Shown here: one piece after another, positions 13,793 through 28,836 of the stretch
Layout of the letters: each line of letters opens with the position of its first letter
Position numbering within the stretch: position 1 is the first letter of the stretch
NCBI GenBank assembly: GCA_964016885.1
Contig: OZ024741.1
Coordinates: forward strand, 308,326,001 to 308,390,000
DNA from: Eledone cirrhosa
Lineage: Eukaryota
Length of the DNA stretch: 64,000 nt
Direction: 5' to 3'
The notes under the pieces: model-generated
Told to the model about the DNA's origin: nothing
The model's input: only the letters and a program-made list of their open reading frames with translations
The model's database searches: none
Translations under genes and position numbers: made by a program

Positions 13793-14000
13793 TCTCTTTC
13801 AGATAAAGTCTTTCTATTCTTTATAATATTCTTGCAACAAACGAAAAAAATAAATACACACACCACCCACACACGGAGAGATCCACACACAAAGACAAAC
13901 GCAGAGAAACACAAAAACGCACATATATATATATATATGTGTATGTATACACACACACACGCAGCGCACACACTTACGCACACACATATATATATATGTT

Positions 14001-14033
<33 letters not shown>

Positions 14034-14109
14034 ATATATATATGTATGTGTACGTATATGTATATGTGTGTGTACACGGCTGTGTGTATGAATATCCTTG
14101 TGTCAGTGC

Positions 14110-14154
<45 letters not shown>

Positions 14155-14271
14155 AGCAGGCATAGTAAGCATCAATAATATCCTAACAATGCATATTCAT
14201 CAGTTAAACTGGTCTCAGTGTTCATGATCTCTTACAGTATCTTATATACTCCAGTACGATCTAATCATATA

Positions 14272-14386
<115 letters not shown>

Positions 14387-14439
14387 GTGTATGTATATAT
14401 ATATACATATACACACATATATATATATATATACATATG

Positions 14440-14488
<49 letters not shown>

Positions 14489-14510
14489 ATATGTATATAT
14501 ATATACATAC

Positions 14511-14601
<91 letters not shown>

Positions 14602-15412
14602 CACACCCTCTTCCAATCATTCAGTATTATTTGTGTTGTTTTGTTACGTTTTTCTCCCCTTTTTCTTTGCTGTTTCATCAGTAACCTTTGACACAGAGTC
14701 AACAAACAGATATAAAGCAGCACTGAAAGGAAGAGAAGAAGAAGAAAAAAAAACGAACGGAATACGCTCCAGTATTTATCTACCCTTGGAGGCCATTTAA
14801 AATTCACTACTTCTTAAACCTAATGCGAAAATCTTTGTTGTGAACGAATTATATATATATCATACAGTGCTACAAAGGCAAAATTGCTGGAATATATATG
14901 TACATACATATATATATATATATAACATTGTGTATTACAATATATATATTAATATATATGTATATGTGGATGTATATTGATATAGATTAAAAGATATGTT
15001 CATATGTATATGTATATATATATATATATTTATAGAAATATGTATGTATATACATATAAGCGTAAATAGATATATGCTTCTGTATACGTACGTATGTATA
15101 AATATGTAGGTGTGTGCACATATGTATATTTCCTCAAAGAAAATAGCTTTGATGTCATTCATTCGTAGAAAACACTCAGGGAACAATGTTCAATGTTGAT
15201 CTCTTCAAGTTTCCGGATTGATTCTGTCAGTCCACAGAGTGATGGGTAACTGTTACACATACGCACACACACGCACACACATCGACACACACACACATAC
15301 ACTAATATATACATATGATATATATTTATATATATATATATCCATACAGTACAAAATACAACCATGCCTACATAAATACTTACACATGTATGTATATTAT
15401 ATTAACTCTATG

Positions 15413-15495
<83 letters not shown>

Positions 15496-15627
15496 TTATA
15501 CTTCAAAACGCCAAGCATATGGATCGGATAACCGAAGGATTGTGAGCTTGACATCAGTAGCTTTCACGCATAGTTTCAATGCAGTCAGAAATGTTGTGTG
15601 TGTATCTATACACGTATATATGTGTTT

Positions 15628-15659
<32 letters not shown>

Positions 15660-15831
15660 AAGGAACGATCGACTTTTTTGTCAAATCCGACCGAGGGAAC
15701 AATGTTTCCGTTGGTCTTTCCAATTGCTAATACTATCTATCGGTCGCAACTCCAGGTAGAAGGAGCAACGTGAAATAAAGTGACTTGCTCAAGGACATAA
15801 CGCATCGCCTGGTCTAGGAATCGAACTCACA

Positions 15832-15836
<5 letters not shown>
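15660..15836 (-). mobile_element. SINE fragment with CORE-like domain
   Basis: Minus strand GAGTTCGATTCC B-box followed by TGTCCTTGAGCAAGTCACTTTATTTCAC. Confidence 0.65.
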
Positions 15837-15886
<50 letters not shown>

Positions 15887-15911
15887 GTCCTAATAACTTA
15901 ATTTAGTTATT

Positions 15912-15982
15912 ATTGCACCGACGTGAGGTATATGATTTTTAATGCAATGAAATATCTATGATCGTCGGCAAATCACTGATGA
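15912..15982 (+). ncRNA. Permuted hammerhead-like motif, copy B
   Basis: ATTGCA-CCGACG-tg-AGGTAT-A-TGATTT-ttaa-TGCAAT-GAA-ATATCT-atgat-CGTCGG-c-AAATCA-CTGATGA, inside an insert of ~160 bp between (TA)n tracts. Confidence 0.6.
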
Positions 15983-16040
15983 GGGACTCATTTTATTACA
16001 TGTTATCCATGTGCAACCTGCAGTATTCTTCTCCCCATTT

Positions 16041-16102
<62 letters not shown>

Positions 16103-16292
16103 TCCTGATGATTTCTTTTGAATGAAACAGTTCTAGTCCTATAGAACCCTCTAGAACCCATTTCTATATTAAACATGATGTTTACACTCTACTAATATAT
16201 TGAGTACTTTACTAACTGTGGTTTGTAAGGTTTCGATTTAACGCGGGACATATATATATCGGGATTTTAGCGAATATTTCATGAAACCTTGT

Positions 16293-16340
<48 letters not shown>

Positions 16341-16349
<9 letters not shown>

Positions 16350-16742
16350 TAAACGGAATAGAAAATGCTGACAAATTGTTCACAGTTGAAAAATGGTTTA
16401 ATTAGGAATAAAAGAGTATTAGTGATTGTATGGGTTAGTATTCAGTTGTGGTTTTAAGTTTTTAAGTTTTTACCGGTTGCGCATTTCTAAATGCTTTTCA
16501 AAAATAATTTTGAGATAGAGTGTCCGTGCTGTTTGCTCTGATCTGAGCAAACAGCATGGACACTCTATCTCAAAATTATTTTTGAAAAGCATTTAGAAAT
16601 GCGCAACCGGTAAAAACTTAAAAACTTAAAACCACAACTGAATACTAACCCATACAATCACTAATACTCTTTTATTCCTAATTAAACCATTTTTCAACTG
16701 TGAACAATTTGTCAGCATTTTCTATTCCGTTTACCAATATAT
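16341..16742. repeat. Near-perfect palindrome (~198-bp arms, ~6-nt centre) in (TA)n
   Basis: 16346-16538 is the reverse complement of 16545-16737. I saw one mismatch. Confidence 0.95.
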
Positions 16743-16772
16743 AATAACTTGTGTGTTACACCTCTATTCTTT

Positions 16773-16819
<47 letters not shown>

Positions 16820-17074
16820 AGAAGGCAAGAAAGGAAATTACCCGCTTCGGTCACGAATGACCTTGGGATTTGCACAAGTCCTCCGTGCAAGGTTGTCTGT
16901 AGAAGACCAGTAGTCGCCCATGCATACCAATCTCCCCTCTCCATGCCACCGATGTTGTCCAAGGGAAAGGCAAAGGCCGATACGTGGCACCTCCTTTCTA
17001 CAGCTGAGTGAGCCGAGAATCTAACTTAGAAACTCACGATTGTAAGCCCAACACTCTAACCACTAACCTATGTA

Positions 17075-17106
<32 letters not shown>

Positions 17107-17273
17107 CTCATTCTCACATACATAGATACATATATATATTATTTACAATTTGCTCAACAAATTCATTTGGAGCACACGCTTACGTTTAATTGTAATATAA
17201 CATTCCCAGCCAGAAGCCTATAAATATATATATATATACATATATATGTATATATATGTATATATATATATAT

Positions 17274-17348
<75 letters not shown>

Positions 17349-18118
17349 GCAACCGTACAGAAATAGGGATGGTTAGACGAATAGGGACATTGATCGTTAC
17401 GTAAACGACACAAAGATGGTAACATGAATGAAAACATAAACTGGACAAACATTTCCAGGTTATCAGCTGTCGGAATGAACGTGAACAGTTTCAATCCCCG
17501 GTGGACAGTCATTAGGTTTACACCGGAAACAGCCTACTCGTAAGATTAACATGAATAAATAAAAAATGTTTGTACCCTTAAAGTAATTCCCAGAATCATT
17601 TGGTGTGACAGTTTGTATTACAGGTAAAACTAACACATTTTTCTATTTTCCTTTCTGAGTGAACCTGAGCCGAGCGTCTTAACCACTAAGCCACATATAT
17701 TTATATGCATCTACGCACAAACATCCCAAATGTCACGATATATTTTCCAAGTATCACAATATAAAAACAACATTCATAAAAGAAAAAATTGCCTTACTTA
17801 TGAGTTTCACTATACTCAGTATTTCTTTCTTTAAAATCATTTACCGCTGTTAGGCAAAATTTCTAAATGCCAGCTATATTATAATGACCCCTTTTAACAT
17901 ATTGAAAGGGGCTATTTCAAAATTTAATGTTCTTCAAATATTCATCACGTCCATTCTACGATTCAGCACATCCCTCTTGGTAATTGATTCCACTTTATAA
18001 TTGGTCTTGTTCAAGGTTTCACTCTTTTTCTTATTACCACCTTCTCTCAATCTCTTTTTCCCTCTCACAATTTCTCACTCTCCCCCACTCTCTCCCTCTC
18101 CCTCTCTCGTCCTCCCTT

Positions 18119-18157
<39 letters not shown>

Positions 18158-18642
18158 TTCTCTCGCCTCTCTCTCTCTTTCTCCCTTACATTTGTAAACA
18201 TATATATTTATACGTTATATATATATTTGTGTATTTATTTATGTATGAGTATAAGCATACACACACACATATTGATTGATAGATAGATAGATACATACAG
18301 GTTTATTTGTTTGTGTGTGTATGTGTGTGTGGGGTGGGTGGGGTGGATGTGTGGGTGTGTGTGGCACAAACATCCCAGTCTCCTAAAAATTATACGCTAT
18401 TATCTTGGAAAAAGAGGATCCATTGTGTAATGTATTCCTGTATTATATTCATATATATATATATATATATATACATACATTATATCTGGCAAATAAAACA
18501 GACGGGATGGGCAGAGCTGGAAGTTTTCTGGTGATATGTCAGAAATGTCCTTCATCATAGGTCAGCTTATTCAGAGCTGATCTGTGACTAAACAACATAT
18601 ACAAAACTTACACATTGCAAGTTTACGAAAGACCATTTACGT

Positions 18643-18844
18643 CAGATATGTCAAACACGCGGCCCTTTACAATCCCACCTGCGGCCCGCTCAAAGGTTTT
18701 TAAAGCGCGAGCATGTTTTATCTTCGTTATATAAAATTTAAAAAATATGTTGTAATGTCCGTAATTAGTTGTCGTGTGTAGCCCTCAGACAACACATATG
18801 TGACTCCCGTGGCCCTCGGGGGACCTTCAGTTTTTTCATGGCTG
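18643..18844 (+). mobile_element. hAT (Charlie-like) MITE
   Basis: Ends CAGATATGTCAAAC...TTCATGGCTG, 8-bp TSD ATTTACGT/ATTTAAGT, homologous to 29522-29727. Confidence 0.8.
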
Positions 18845-19213
18845 ATTTAAGTGTTCACTTCGTGGGCTAGAAATAGCAGTCAAGTTCTCCTAAGTGTTCA
18901 CCACTGTTTTTTTTTTTTTTCAAAGGTCACTTTGAATAATGTAGTGTGGGTGTATTATGTGTGAACACAAATACGGAATTGTAATGGATGGAATATCTGC
19001 TATGTAATGAAAGCCTTGGGCTAAATAACAACAGCAACAACAACAGCACTAAACACCACCACTACTACCACCAGCACCACCAGTACATCTATCACATAAC
19101 CACCACAACACCATCACCAACCCCTTCGTCAACACTATCACACTACACTATAACCACCACCACTACTCTTACTACTGGTGATGTTGCTGCTGCTGCTGCT
19201 GCTGCTACTGCAG

Positions 19214-19266
<53 letters not shown>

Positions 19267-19395
19267 GGTGGTGGTGGTGGAGGTGGTGATGCTGCTGCTG
19301 CTGCTACCAATGTGTATGCTGGCGTGGAAAAAGAACGGTAAACAATGTTAATGAAGGATTATGATGTGTGTATATATATATATATATATATACAT

Positions 19396-19428
<33 letters not shown>

Positions 19429-19518
19429 AACCAAAAGTAATTTTGCGAATGAGAGGTGCGAATGGTTTCAAATTAACGAAAGAAACCAGGCGCTGTGTAT
19501 TAGAAAAGTACTGTCATC

Positions 19519-19581
<63 letters not shown>

Positions 19582-19746
19582 GCCTACTATTACTACTTTT
19601 AGGTCAAGTCTTTTCGTAGAAAACATTTTGATGCCTTTTTCTCTGTGATATTTACGTAATTCCAAGTGGGAGATAATATCTAAAGCAAGAGATAGACAAG
19701 CGGGGAAAGAGGGGGAAGAGAAAGGGAGGAATTAGAGAGAAAATAG

Positions 19747-19830
<84 letters not shown>

Positions 19831-19866
19831 AGAGAGTGAGAAAGAGAGAATGGGGAGAGAGAGAGT

Positions 19867-19909
<43 letters not shown>

Positions 19910-20123
19910 ATGGGGTAAATAAAAGGAGGGAAGTAACTGCAGAGAAAAATAGTTGACTTAATATAACGAAAATAGCGGGTTTTCGTTAAAAGCAAAGGGC
20001 TAGATGATAACACCCTGCCTAACATCCAGGCTAGATAAGAGTACTTTTCTAACAACTAGCGCCTGGTTCCTTTTGTTAGTTTGAAACTGTTTGCACATCC
20101 CATTCGCAAAATTTTTGGCTATT

Positions 20124-20155
<32 letters not shown>

Positions 20156-20602
20156 CGTGCGCGCGTGCGTGCGTGTGTGTGTATGTGTGTGTGTGTACAT
20201 ACGTATATATATATATATATATGTATATATATGCGTCTGTGTGTTTGTTTGTGTGTCTGTGTGTGTGTAGTAATATAGGTAGATATGTAAAGGATAAAGG
20301 AAAAGAATGTTCAATCGGGAAGAGATCAGAAATATTATATTATATATTTATGTTCATACATGGAATAAAAGCGCTACCCAAGGTTTCATGGTCCAAATTT
20401 GAGCATACCCCCAGAAAACAAGAGGCACCAAACATATCTTTCTTCGGGCGCTTATACGATACCATTAAAAGTAAATTTTTCTACGAACCCATGTTTACAA
20501 AAGATAACTCGAAAACAAAAAACAAATAGAAATAACTTCAAGATGTAAATATGAATTATGAGATCGTAAAGTGTTCGTATCCTACAGTAGAAGTATTGTA
20601 TT

Positions 20603-20800
20603 ATGTACCGGTCACCGTTGAGACCTCATGCGTACTTGGACCCCTGTACTGCTGAGCTCCTCTGCAAGATCGGAACGTCGGCAGCCCGTCTCAGGAAGGA
20701 GCCCAACGAGGTGGGGTGGCTGTTACAGCGAGTGTCACTGGTTACTGTCCGCGAAAATGCTGTTGCGGTCCTGTCCGTGGGGTGCAACCCCATTAACGCC
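20603..20800 (+). mobile_element. 3' fragment of a CRE-like non-LTR retrotransposon (restriction-like endonuclease C-terminus)
   Basis: PVTVETS (frameshift) ...TAELLCKIG...EPNEVGWLLQRVSLVTVRENAVAVL resembles the CRE-clade P.A.ET.G...L.QR.S...RGNA terminus. Confidence 0.65.
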
Positions 20801-21374
20801 TCGCCCAAGGCCCTGAGCCGAACCGCCCTCCCCATTTTTCTGTGTCATTAGAGCCCTTGCCTTTCCCTTCCTTTTCCATTTTTTTTTAATATTTATTTTA
20901 CATTCCATTATTTCATGTCTTAATTATAAATGTTCTAAAGAGACTGAAATATTTATGAAAGCCAGCCATAGAAGAACCAATTGCTAGCGTTATAGACAAC
21001 CAATAGAGAGGTAACGAGGTAGGGTCTTTACGCAATAAAAATAGTAGCGAAATCTGCAAATCATACTCAACCGGTTAAAAATAACAGCCTCACTAGAATA
21101 ACATAATCTTAAGTATTACAAAAATATGGGATTATCAAGACTGGGTCACATTTTCAGCATACAACGACTCACTTAGTTTTGACCTAGGGCTAAACAAGAA
21201 CAATAACCCACACAAACATACCCCCACACACACATATGCACACGTGCACACACAAACATACCCCCACACACACATATGCACACGTGCACACACAAACATA
21301 CCCCCACACACATATATATATGTATATATATATATATATATAATATATATATATCGTATTATATATATGTATGC

Positions 21375-21440
<66 letters not shown>

Positions 21441-22622
21441 GCGTATATATATATGCACACATATATATATATGTGTGAACCAAAAGTCGGGAGATTTGTG
21501 TGTATACGTGTATTATATGCATATATGTATATATGTATGGATGCATATATATACACACACACACATCCTCATCTTTGTTCTAGATTCTAATCTTATCAGT
21601 ATCTAGTCTTCCTTTCATCCCTATAGGGGTCAATAAAATGAAAACCAGTGATATACTGAGGTCGAAGGCCATCGATTACAGCCCTACCCTGCGAAGTTTG
21701 TTCTTTTGTCTAGTCATAAAAAGAAACCATAATTGTTGCAATGTCGATCGCTAGGAGAAAGAGATGGCAGCCATTTTGTTTCCTCTCTTTTGAATTTTGT
21801 TTTCCGATCTTCTTGCTTTATTTACCTTTATATTTATATTTATGGTGGTATTTACGCTCCTTTTCCCATGTTTCTTTTCTTGATCTTTTTACATTTACTA
21901 AACGACGCGTCTTGAAAGATAAAGATAAATGGAAAGAGATGTGGATAATGATAGAGATGGGGATGAAGAAAGAAACATGACTGACTGTCTGGCTGACTGA
22001 CTAGCTGACGGTTCAATTAAATGGTAGTAGGAGCTTAGACGTGTGAAGTGTGTGTATGAGCGCGTGTGAACAGCAAGAACAAACGAGAGTGGGGGGAGAG
22101 ATATGGAGGGTGTAGACAAAGGAGAAGGGAGGTAAGAGAGAGGAGTTTACAAACTTGACAAGACCTTAAAATGTTGTTGAACGACCTCTAATAACACAAG
22201 GGGATCTCCGTAGGGAGAAATAAATCTTTGAGAGTTGGCTTATTGCTTGCTTACGCAGTTGAAGTACATGAGTCTTAATGGTGATGGAGGGGGATGTTGA
22301 TGGTGGGTGGTGGGATAGAGATGTTTATGTTGTGTTGGCAATGTCGCAGTGTAAGTCGGTTGGTCGACGGCTTGTGGTAAAAGTGTGACGACGGCGGTGG
22401 TAAAGATTGCGCCGGCAGTTTTCGCTTGTTATGATGTGACCTTTAACACTGTGAGGGACTAGCGAGAATAGGAGTGTATATAGGGGAAGCGGGGGTGGTA
22501 GAATATAAACAGAATTACGAAGACAGGCAGACAGGCAGAAACCTTGGCAGATGAATAGATAGAAAGACAGATAGTCAGGAAAATAACTTTCTAACTAGAT
22601 CGAAATATATATATACGTATAC

Positions 22623-22733
<111 letters not shown>

Positions 22734-22875
22734 TATAGAGAGAGAGGAGGGGATAAATACATATATAGATAATGGATAGATAGGTTAATTGATGCATAGA
22801 TAAATGTACATATAGAGATAGATAGATGGATAAATAATCAATAGATCGAACGATTGATAGATAGATAGATAGATA

Positions 22876-22979
<104 letters not shown>

Positions 22980-23113
22980 ATTAAAGGCTTTCCGAATGTG
23001 ACTACATCATTTTGGCTTTATACAGGCTATTACCAGTATCACACTAACCAATGAGTAGTTCTATGTTGTAAAATGGCAGCCCGTCCCCTCAATATATCTT
23101 ATTTCTCATTCTT

Positions 23114-23149
23114 TCTTCTGATGAAGGACTAGCGTCCGAAACGTTAAGA
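23114..23149 (+). ncRNA. Minimal type I hammerhead ribozyme in a pLTR fragment (23068-23229)
   Basis: TCTT-CTGATGA-a-GGAC(tagc)GTCC-GAAACGT-T-AAGA. All stems are intact. Confidence 0.85.
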
Positions 23150-23230
23150 CCCTCTTCCTGTTATATTAAGCGTTAACCTAATATATCCCTTCTATGTACC
23201 GATTGTGTTGTTATTTCTGTTTACCTTTTG

Positions 23231-23301
<71 letters not shown>

Positions 23302-23366
23302 ACATACATACATACACACATACATACATATATATATATATACATACATATATATACATATATATA

Positions 23367-23501
<135 letters not shown>

Positions 23502-23798
23502 TATATATATATAATACTATTTTATAGATCGATATTCAATACTATAATGCATATAGGCATCAAATGTTTTTTTCGATCTTGCTACTCGAAGACTAAAATT
23601 AGAACGAACTCAATACTATACTGTCGTGAAACGTACATACCCAAACAGAAGATACAAGGACGCTGAGAGGATAAATTCTATAGAAAATGTAATATGCTCA
23701 GGCCCAGGAAATAACTAAGTACAGTAAGGGCATTTACACTATTTTATAGGCTATTTTATAAGAACTGTACTTACAGTTTTTTGCTGCGCCTGAGTATG

Positions 23799-23926
<128 letters not shown>

Positions 23927-24045
23927 CCTACCTATAGTTGCTCGCCCATTACTCGGTTTGTTGTTGGTTTTTTCGGTGTTTTGTTACTGTTTCTCTTTTC
24001 TTCCCCTTTGCTTCCTTCCCTCCTTCTTCCGTTTTCCCAATAACT

Positions 24046-24112
24046 TATCCAGGCGAGGTATATTGTCTTTAAAGCGTAGAAATATCCGAGACCCCCATTA
24101 GACAACTGATGA
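24046..24112 (+). ncRNA. Permuted hammerhead-like motif, copy C
   Basis: GGTAT-A-TTGTCT-ttaaagcgta-GAA-ATATC-...-AGACAA-CTGATGA, inside an insert between (TA)n tracts. Confidence 0.55.
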
Positions 24113-24783
24113 GGAACCGCCCCCCCCCCTCTTGCTTTCTTCGTATTCCCACTCCATTTTAAGTTACCTTAAATAGCAACTACACAGCCATTTCTATTCT
24201 CCATATATATATATAAAATAGCATACTCAGGCCACAACAAAGCCATTAAAAGAGAAGGATGGACAGACAAAATGACTTTAGATAGGGTCGAACATCGCTA
24301 CCCGGCAGCTGTCCTCCGAACGACCGGTTTCAATCCTATTTTTTTAAACGCTGCAATGTACAGCGGCGCCTGCGTGGCGATCAGAGGGGATGGCCACCAA
24401 TCGGAGCTAATAAATATTGGTATGTGACACATGCTGCGACACGTTTTCTGCCTTCATCGACTTTCCCTTCCTGTTCAAATTGCTGGCCTTGTGCCTATAG
24501 TAAAAAACCAATTATTTGAATATGTGGTCATACAATGTGTATTATAAAATATATTACGTTCTGCTGCAAAACTATTCTGTCTTGTCATTGCATTTTGTTT
24601 TTGGTTCGAATTACTTTTACATGGTTTTCGTGTGAGCTTAGTATTGTCTTCCTTTGTGGCGGGCTCTGGTACTCTAAAGTGAACGAACTTGGATCTTGTT
24701 TTTAATGCTGACAGATCATGGTGATATTCTGTAGACTTCTGATTATGAAGGGATGTCAGTATTTTCCAGCGTCACAAGTGCTT

Positions 24784-24891
<108 letters not shown>

Positions 24892-24932
24892 GATAGATAG
24901 ATCGATAGGTAGATAGATAGATATATTTCTAT

Positions 24933-27181
24933 ATTAGCCACAAGGGCACAAAAGAGGGGACAAGTACATGGGGGAAGTTTACATTCAATAAAAACGTGTA
25001 AACCAATATCACAGATTAAAATTAAAGAAAAACAATCGATTTTCCACAATAGGGGGGAGACATTAACTATGGGTGACACATACCCACGAAAAAATGTGCA
25101 ATCCTCATCTCCAGGAGTACGAAGAGTGAGCACTCCTTTCCTCTCTTCCTCCTCTTCCTCAACCTACAGGCTGATATAGAGAGAAGGCCCATTCACTCGG
25201 GCCAACGCCATTTTCACCCACTGCTCATAAAACTTGCTGGGGTACAGCACCTCTCTCTCCATCCTGATTTTTCTTCCAAAGTGGTATTTGAAAAAAAGAA
25301 TCCGTTGTTGGCCGGAGAGAAAGGTGTCTGACCTCAGCCCTTTCAACCTCGTCCACCATACAACCTCTTTCACCATTGCCATCACACAGAGGAAAACCGC
25401 CTCTCCTTCGTTTTTGAAGGAGGGTGGCGGTTTGATCATGACAATGGACTCGGTGGTCAACCAGATTAATCTCACCCGCGACAATAATCATTCTACATAG
25501 CCCCACAGGTCGGCAACTCCCGGGCAGTGTACGAATGCGTGCGCGACAGTTTCCTCGTCGCGCACGCATCTCGGACAGATATTTTTCGAAGGGTCCCTTC
25601 CCGGGCGCCCGTGTCTGTAGAGCTTGTCTCGAACTGGTAGAGCTCCTCGGTAGCACTGCCAGGCCAGGGACTTTTGGAAGTTGTCCATCGGTCCCGGGCG
25701 GAAGGTCCTACCGAACAGACTGGCCAGTTCGTCTTCCTCTACGCTTAGAGTTTCTCCGAGCGCGTCGTCGCACTTGCTGCGGACCAACCCTCTATAGAAT
25801 GATGGAGTGGAGTCTCCACTGATCGCCGGGTCCGCCTGCCAGAGGGCTGTCAGTGCCTGAGCACATTCGATGTGCCAGTCGCCCACTTTCTTCGGTCTTT
25901 TATTGACCCAGGACTACAACTCCGTTAGTGAGACGAGCTGTGGGTAGGCTCGCCTCACGAACGGGGCCCACACCGGTTGTCCGGTGAGGAATACGTGGAG
26001 GTGCCGCAGCCTGAGCGCGTGTTTGCGCAACGTCAGCCACGGCATCCCCAGCCCTCCGTTTGAAGGGTGTTGGCACCAGATGGATCTTCTCACCAAAGGA
26101 GTCCGCTTCTTCCAAAGGAATTGGAAGAGCGCGCGCTCCATTTTGGTGAGCGTTTTGTCTGGACAAGGCACGACGGTCAAGCGGCAGTAGATGACGAACG
26201 CTATGAAAGTGTTCGCCACCTCCGACGCCGCTTTCCGCAGTCCCGATTCCAGAGAGATGCCCTGCAATAGCTCCAACTTCCACAGTAGTGACTCGAGAGT
26301 CAGTACGTACAGAAGGGAGGAGAGAGGGAATCCCTGACGGACGGATCGCGTTATTTGGAACAGCTCCGAGAGGTAGCCGTTCACCTTTACTCTTGAGTAG
26401 ATGTTGCCGCTGTGCATTGCAGCAATCCAGCCCCTGAACACGGGTCTGAAGCCTGCCGCCTCGAGCACCGCATCCAGGTAACGATGGTCAACCTTATCGA
26501 ATGCCTTAAACTGATCCAAGTTGATCAGGGCCCCACCGAAGCCGGGTTTACACCCAACCCTCTCTATGATGTATCGCATAAGGTGGAGGGTGTCGTGTAT
26601 GGACCTGGTTTGGATTGCGCATGTCTGCGCTTCTCCCACCAGGTTCTCGATGACATGCGCCAGCCTCTTTGCTAACACCTTGGCCAAAATCTGTAACTCT
26701 GTGTTTAGCAGAGTTATGGGCCGAAAGTTTCCTATCTTGTCCCCCTTATTCTCGTCCTTCCTGACTAGCATGACTAAGCCCCTGGTCACAGAATTGGGAA
26801 TACTCCCGTTCTGCTGCCAATTGCAGTAGACCGTTTCCAGGAGATCGGAGAACAAGTCCGGCGTTGCTACGTAAAATTCGTAGGGTAGACCGTGGAGACC
26901 TGGGGATTTGCGTTTGCCGCATTGGCTCAACGCGTCCCGTCTCAGCGGCCGAAATCGGCTTTTCGCAGAACTTCGCCTCGCTGTCCGATTGCCGCGGTAT
27001 GCCGTCTAGATATGGACCGAAATCCATTGCCCCTCCCGGCTTACCGCCCTGCCCGAACAGCTGATCAAAGTGCCGCTGAAAAGCCGCGCACATCTGCTTA
27101 GGTTCAAGAATCACACGTCCATCCTGGTCCTTCAAAGACCGAATCGTGAACTTGTTTCCACTTTTTGCCTCTGTCACTCGG
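24933..27181 (-). mobile_element. 5'-truncated Tx1/L1-group LINE (ORF2 RT and zinc knuckle), degenerate
   Basis: KSPGLHGLPYEFY, NFRPITLLN, LDQFKAFDKVDH, VRQGFPLSSLLY and CPRC...HAFVHC, with frameshifts. The YADD region is absent (deletion near 26220). (GATA)n flanks both ends. Confidence 0.9.
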
Positions 27182-27756
27182 AGATAGATAGATAGAGAGA
27201 TAGATAGATAGAGGGAGAGATTGATAGAGGGAGAGATTGATATAGATAAGAAATGGTTAAGCTTGACCTTAGAACCTATGTGTCTTATAACAATAATAAT
27301 AATAATATAGATAGATAAACAGATAGATCTTTGTGTGTACACGTTATGTACGTGTACATGCCTGTATGAATATATGCATGTATGTATGTACGTACGTATG
27401 TATGTATGTACGTATGTATATAGTGGTCGTACTCATGGGTCCTGGGTAGTAATGTTGGTGGTGAGAGAAGTCTGTTTGACGTGTCAGCTGGCATGACCTT
27501 TTCCATTCAGAATTTAGGGAACAACTTTTCCAGAGATAATCTGACCGGGCCATTCGGATGTGACCTTTCCCCAAGCTGTTTCCCCAGTTATAATTTTTTC
27601 TCTTTGTTTTCTTTTACCACCAAAATATCTACGATCTACCCACACCCCAAACTCAAAATTTCTCATTGCCCGCCCCCATGTCTATTCTGCTCTCTCTTTT
27701 ATTCTTTCATTCCTTCATTCTTTCCCTCTACCTCATCCCACTCGACCAATCTTTCC

Positions 27757-27812
<56 letters not shown>

Positions 27813-27839
27813 TATATATACATATATATACGTAAATAA

Positions 27840-27954
<115 letters not shown>

Positions 27955-27967
27955 GTAAATATATAGT

Positions 27968-28090
<123 letters not shown>

Positions 28091-28672
28091 ATTATTTTAC
28101 TCTTTTACTGGATTTTCTCATCTGACTGCGGCCAAATCTAGTTTATCTAGGTGAAATGTGTACAATAGCGTGATGGAAGGACTTCGAATATACCCCATTA
28201 AGAAAATATCGAAAATGTACCCACAAATTACCTCAAGGCATATCAGGATCAATCTTTTCGAGAAACTAGTATAGGACCTGACCCTGCTAGGAAAAAACAG
28301 CTGAAATCATACTGATAAGGAAATGAAAACGAGACTTAAAAAGGGCGTTAAAGTTCCCCAACTCTTGATGGAGTCGGGAAAATGGTACCTCAAGTTAATT
28401 CGAAGCAAATCTAGATAAAATCTTTGACGGAATCGTTAAACCATGCCCCCTCCCAGCCAAAAAAGAATAGCTGAGTCCATAGACTATAAAAGAGTGAAAG
28501 TCAAACTAAAAAAAAAAATATTAAAAGTTGTTAAAGGACCTTTAACTTTAGGTGAAGTCGTAAGGGCGCCATCTGGACACAGGTGGCATCTTAAGTATTT
28601 TAAACCTGTTCCGAGCTCAATCCTCCCCAGAGAGAGATAGAGGGGGGGGGAGAAGACAGACAATCAGACAGA

Positions 28673-28705
<33 letters not shown>

Positions 28706-28781
28706 GGTTCTGCTGCTGGTGGTGGTGGTGGTGATGGTGACGGTGATGATGTTGATGATAATGATGATGACGATGACGAGA

Positions 28782-28836
<55 letters not shown>

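Noticed and set aside
16102-16135. CTGATGA-TTC(tttt)GAA-T-GAAACAGTT hammerhead-like core
   Set aside because: Stem I is absent, probably truncated by the TA tract, so it was not called.
17460-17520. Possible fifth permuted hammerhead on the minus strand (CTGTC...GAAA...GACAG-CTGATAA)
   Set aside because: Spacing is similar, but there is no NUH or stem III pairing and C3-A8 is mismatched.
24312-24408. Minus-strand GAAACCGGTC with possible stems
   Set aside because: The CUGANGA core is not recognisable.
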